From contig JAAOMT010000436.1 in assembly GCA_016748015.1 (NCBI GenBank), positions 1,768,032 through 1,832,031 of the forward strand: DNA of 64,000 nucleotides, read 5' to 3'. Below are positions 62,744-64,000 of this stretch, one piece after another. This stretch comes from Geosiphon pyriformis uo1. Its lineage: Eukaryota; Fungi; Glomeromycota. Numbering within the stretch: position 1 is the first letter of the stretch; the number at the start of each line of letters is the position of its first letter. Under the pieces are notes generated by a model. The model was not told where the DNA came from. It saw only the letters and a program-made list of their open reading frames with translations, and did no database searches. Both the position numbers and the translations under genes were made by a program.

Positions 62744-64000
62744 CCAAAATTATTAAAAATAAACAAATATAAAATTTAAGAGACTGTTATTATATTCTTT
62801 TATATATATTATTAATAAATATTTTTGTTTATAATTTCTTAGATTTAATTTTATTTTATAATAAAAAGACATGTTATATTTTAGGTAACTTTATTATATA
62901 TATACAAATATATTGTGTTTGTTTTAATTCTGTTATTGTCAAAGATATTATTATTTATTTTATTTTATTTTTTAAAGATATTATTCTGATTTGAATTAGA
63001 TTATTAACTTCAAAGTATATTAAATATAAAAAACACAATTATATTTTTAGTATATGTAAACTAGCTTTAAAATTATTCAGTTGGGACTTGAAAATTTTTT
63101 TGAAACTAACAAAAAGCATTTTATATATATTTATGCAAAAAAGTAAATTTCTGTATTTTATTTAATATTCTTTAGTAATATGACTTGGGCTTTTATAGTA
63201 AATAATATTTTAAAAAGTTTTTTTTTATGTTATTTATTGGTATTTTTTTGGTAAAATCTTTATTTAATGCTTTTAATAAAGATTTTATAACTTTAATTTT
63301 GGTCTTTTATTTAGATATTCTGGAATGTTTTTTAAAATTTTTGTTCAACTATGTTGTTAAAATTTTTTACAAACTAATTAGTTTTTGTTTGTTAATATTA
63401 TTAATATATACTAAAAAAACACTTATATTAACTGTTAATTTAGAACTTAATATAACTGCTAATAAATTATTGCCAAATTTTTATGTGTTATTTAATATTA
63501 CTAACATGTTCTAAAAAATTTTTCTAATAATTTGAAAATTTTATCCACCAAAATTAGTAATTTAAAATCAATATAATAGTTTAAAAGATTTAATAAAATT
63601 TATTTTAGATAAGTTAAAATTTTTTAGTTTAACTAGTAATATAATATTTTTTTTCTATTTTTAATAAATAATTTAACTTAAAAAATAGTTACATGTAATA
63701 TTAAAAAAATAAATATTTTTATTAAGTAAAATAATATTATTAAATAACATAGAAAATTAAAAAATAATATTTTAATTGTTATTAAAACTAAGCTTTGTTC
63801 TAATATTAAGTCTTTGTAAATAAGTTTATTAGTATATAGATATTTACTTCTAATTTAAATTCAGAATATTTGAACATTAGTATTATATTAATTATAAATA
63901 AATACTTGGTTAAACATGTTTTTAAAATTTTAAAAATTCCTAATAGGCTTTTAATAATTTATTTATTGTTTAAAAACAAACAGTCAGTTTTTGTATTAGG
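62744..64000 (+). mobile_element. Continuation of the eroded LINE begun at ~45300 (rest of ORF1 and start of ORF2 endonuclease); runs off the right edge
   Basis: Resumes with AK...KQ.W..RD...LLY (62744-62810); eroded WKIATCNVRG.N..KQ.DI at ~63675-63745 and VFTS.L.SG.LG at ~63840. Confidence 0.72.

Overview
Eukaryotic, AT-rich fungal genomic DNA. The repeat families and the Opi1-type gene suggest an early-diverging fungus such as Glomeromycotina; this is inference from sequence style, not a database result. The only clear host gene is a spliced Opi1-family transcriptional regulator on the minus strand (6672 to >8739; 5' end lost in a 555-N gap). It sits in a CpG-retaining island (~5050-10330). 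Almost everything else is a nested retroelement cluster. It contains three near-full-length LINE-type non-LTR retrotransposons (ORF1 with RRM-like domain and Zn knuckle; ORF2 with APE endonuclease, RT, RNase H and CCHC), several truncated or eroded copies, two LTR-bounded Ty3/Gypsy-like elements (one with a dUTPase, one lacking pol) inserted into older LINEs, and a Tc1/mariner remnant. Most notable: two ~2.2-kb elements encode only a divergent ORF1-like protein yet end in the same ~115-nt, apparently structured 3' tail as the autonomous LINEs, and one has a poly(A) tail and a 15-bp TSD. This looks like a non-autonomous, protein-coding LINE partner system. All repeats show progressive C>T/G>A erosion that includes non-CpG contexts (RIP-like). 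A compact multi-hairpin segment with an Sm-site-like motif at ~5265-5412 is a weak ncRNA candidate. Boundaries in heavily eroded regions are approximate.
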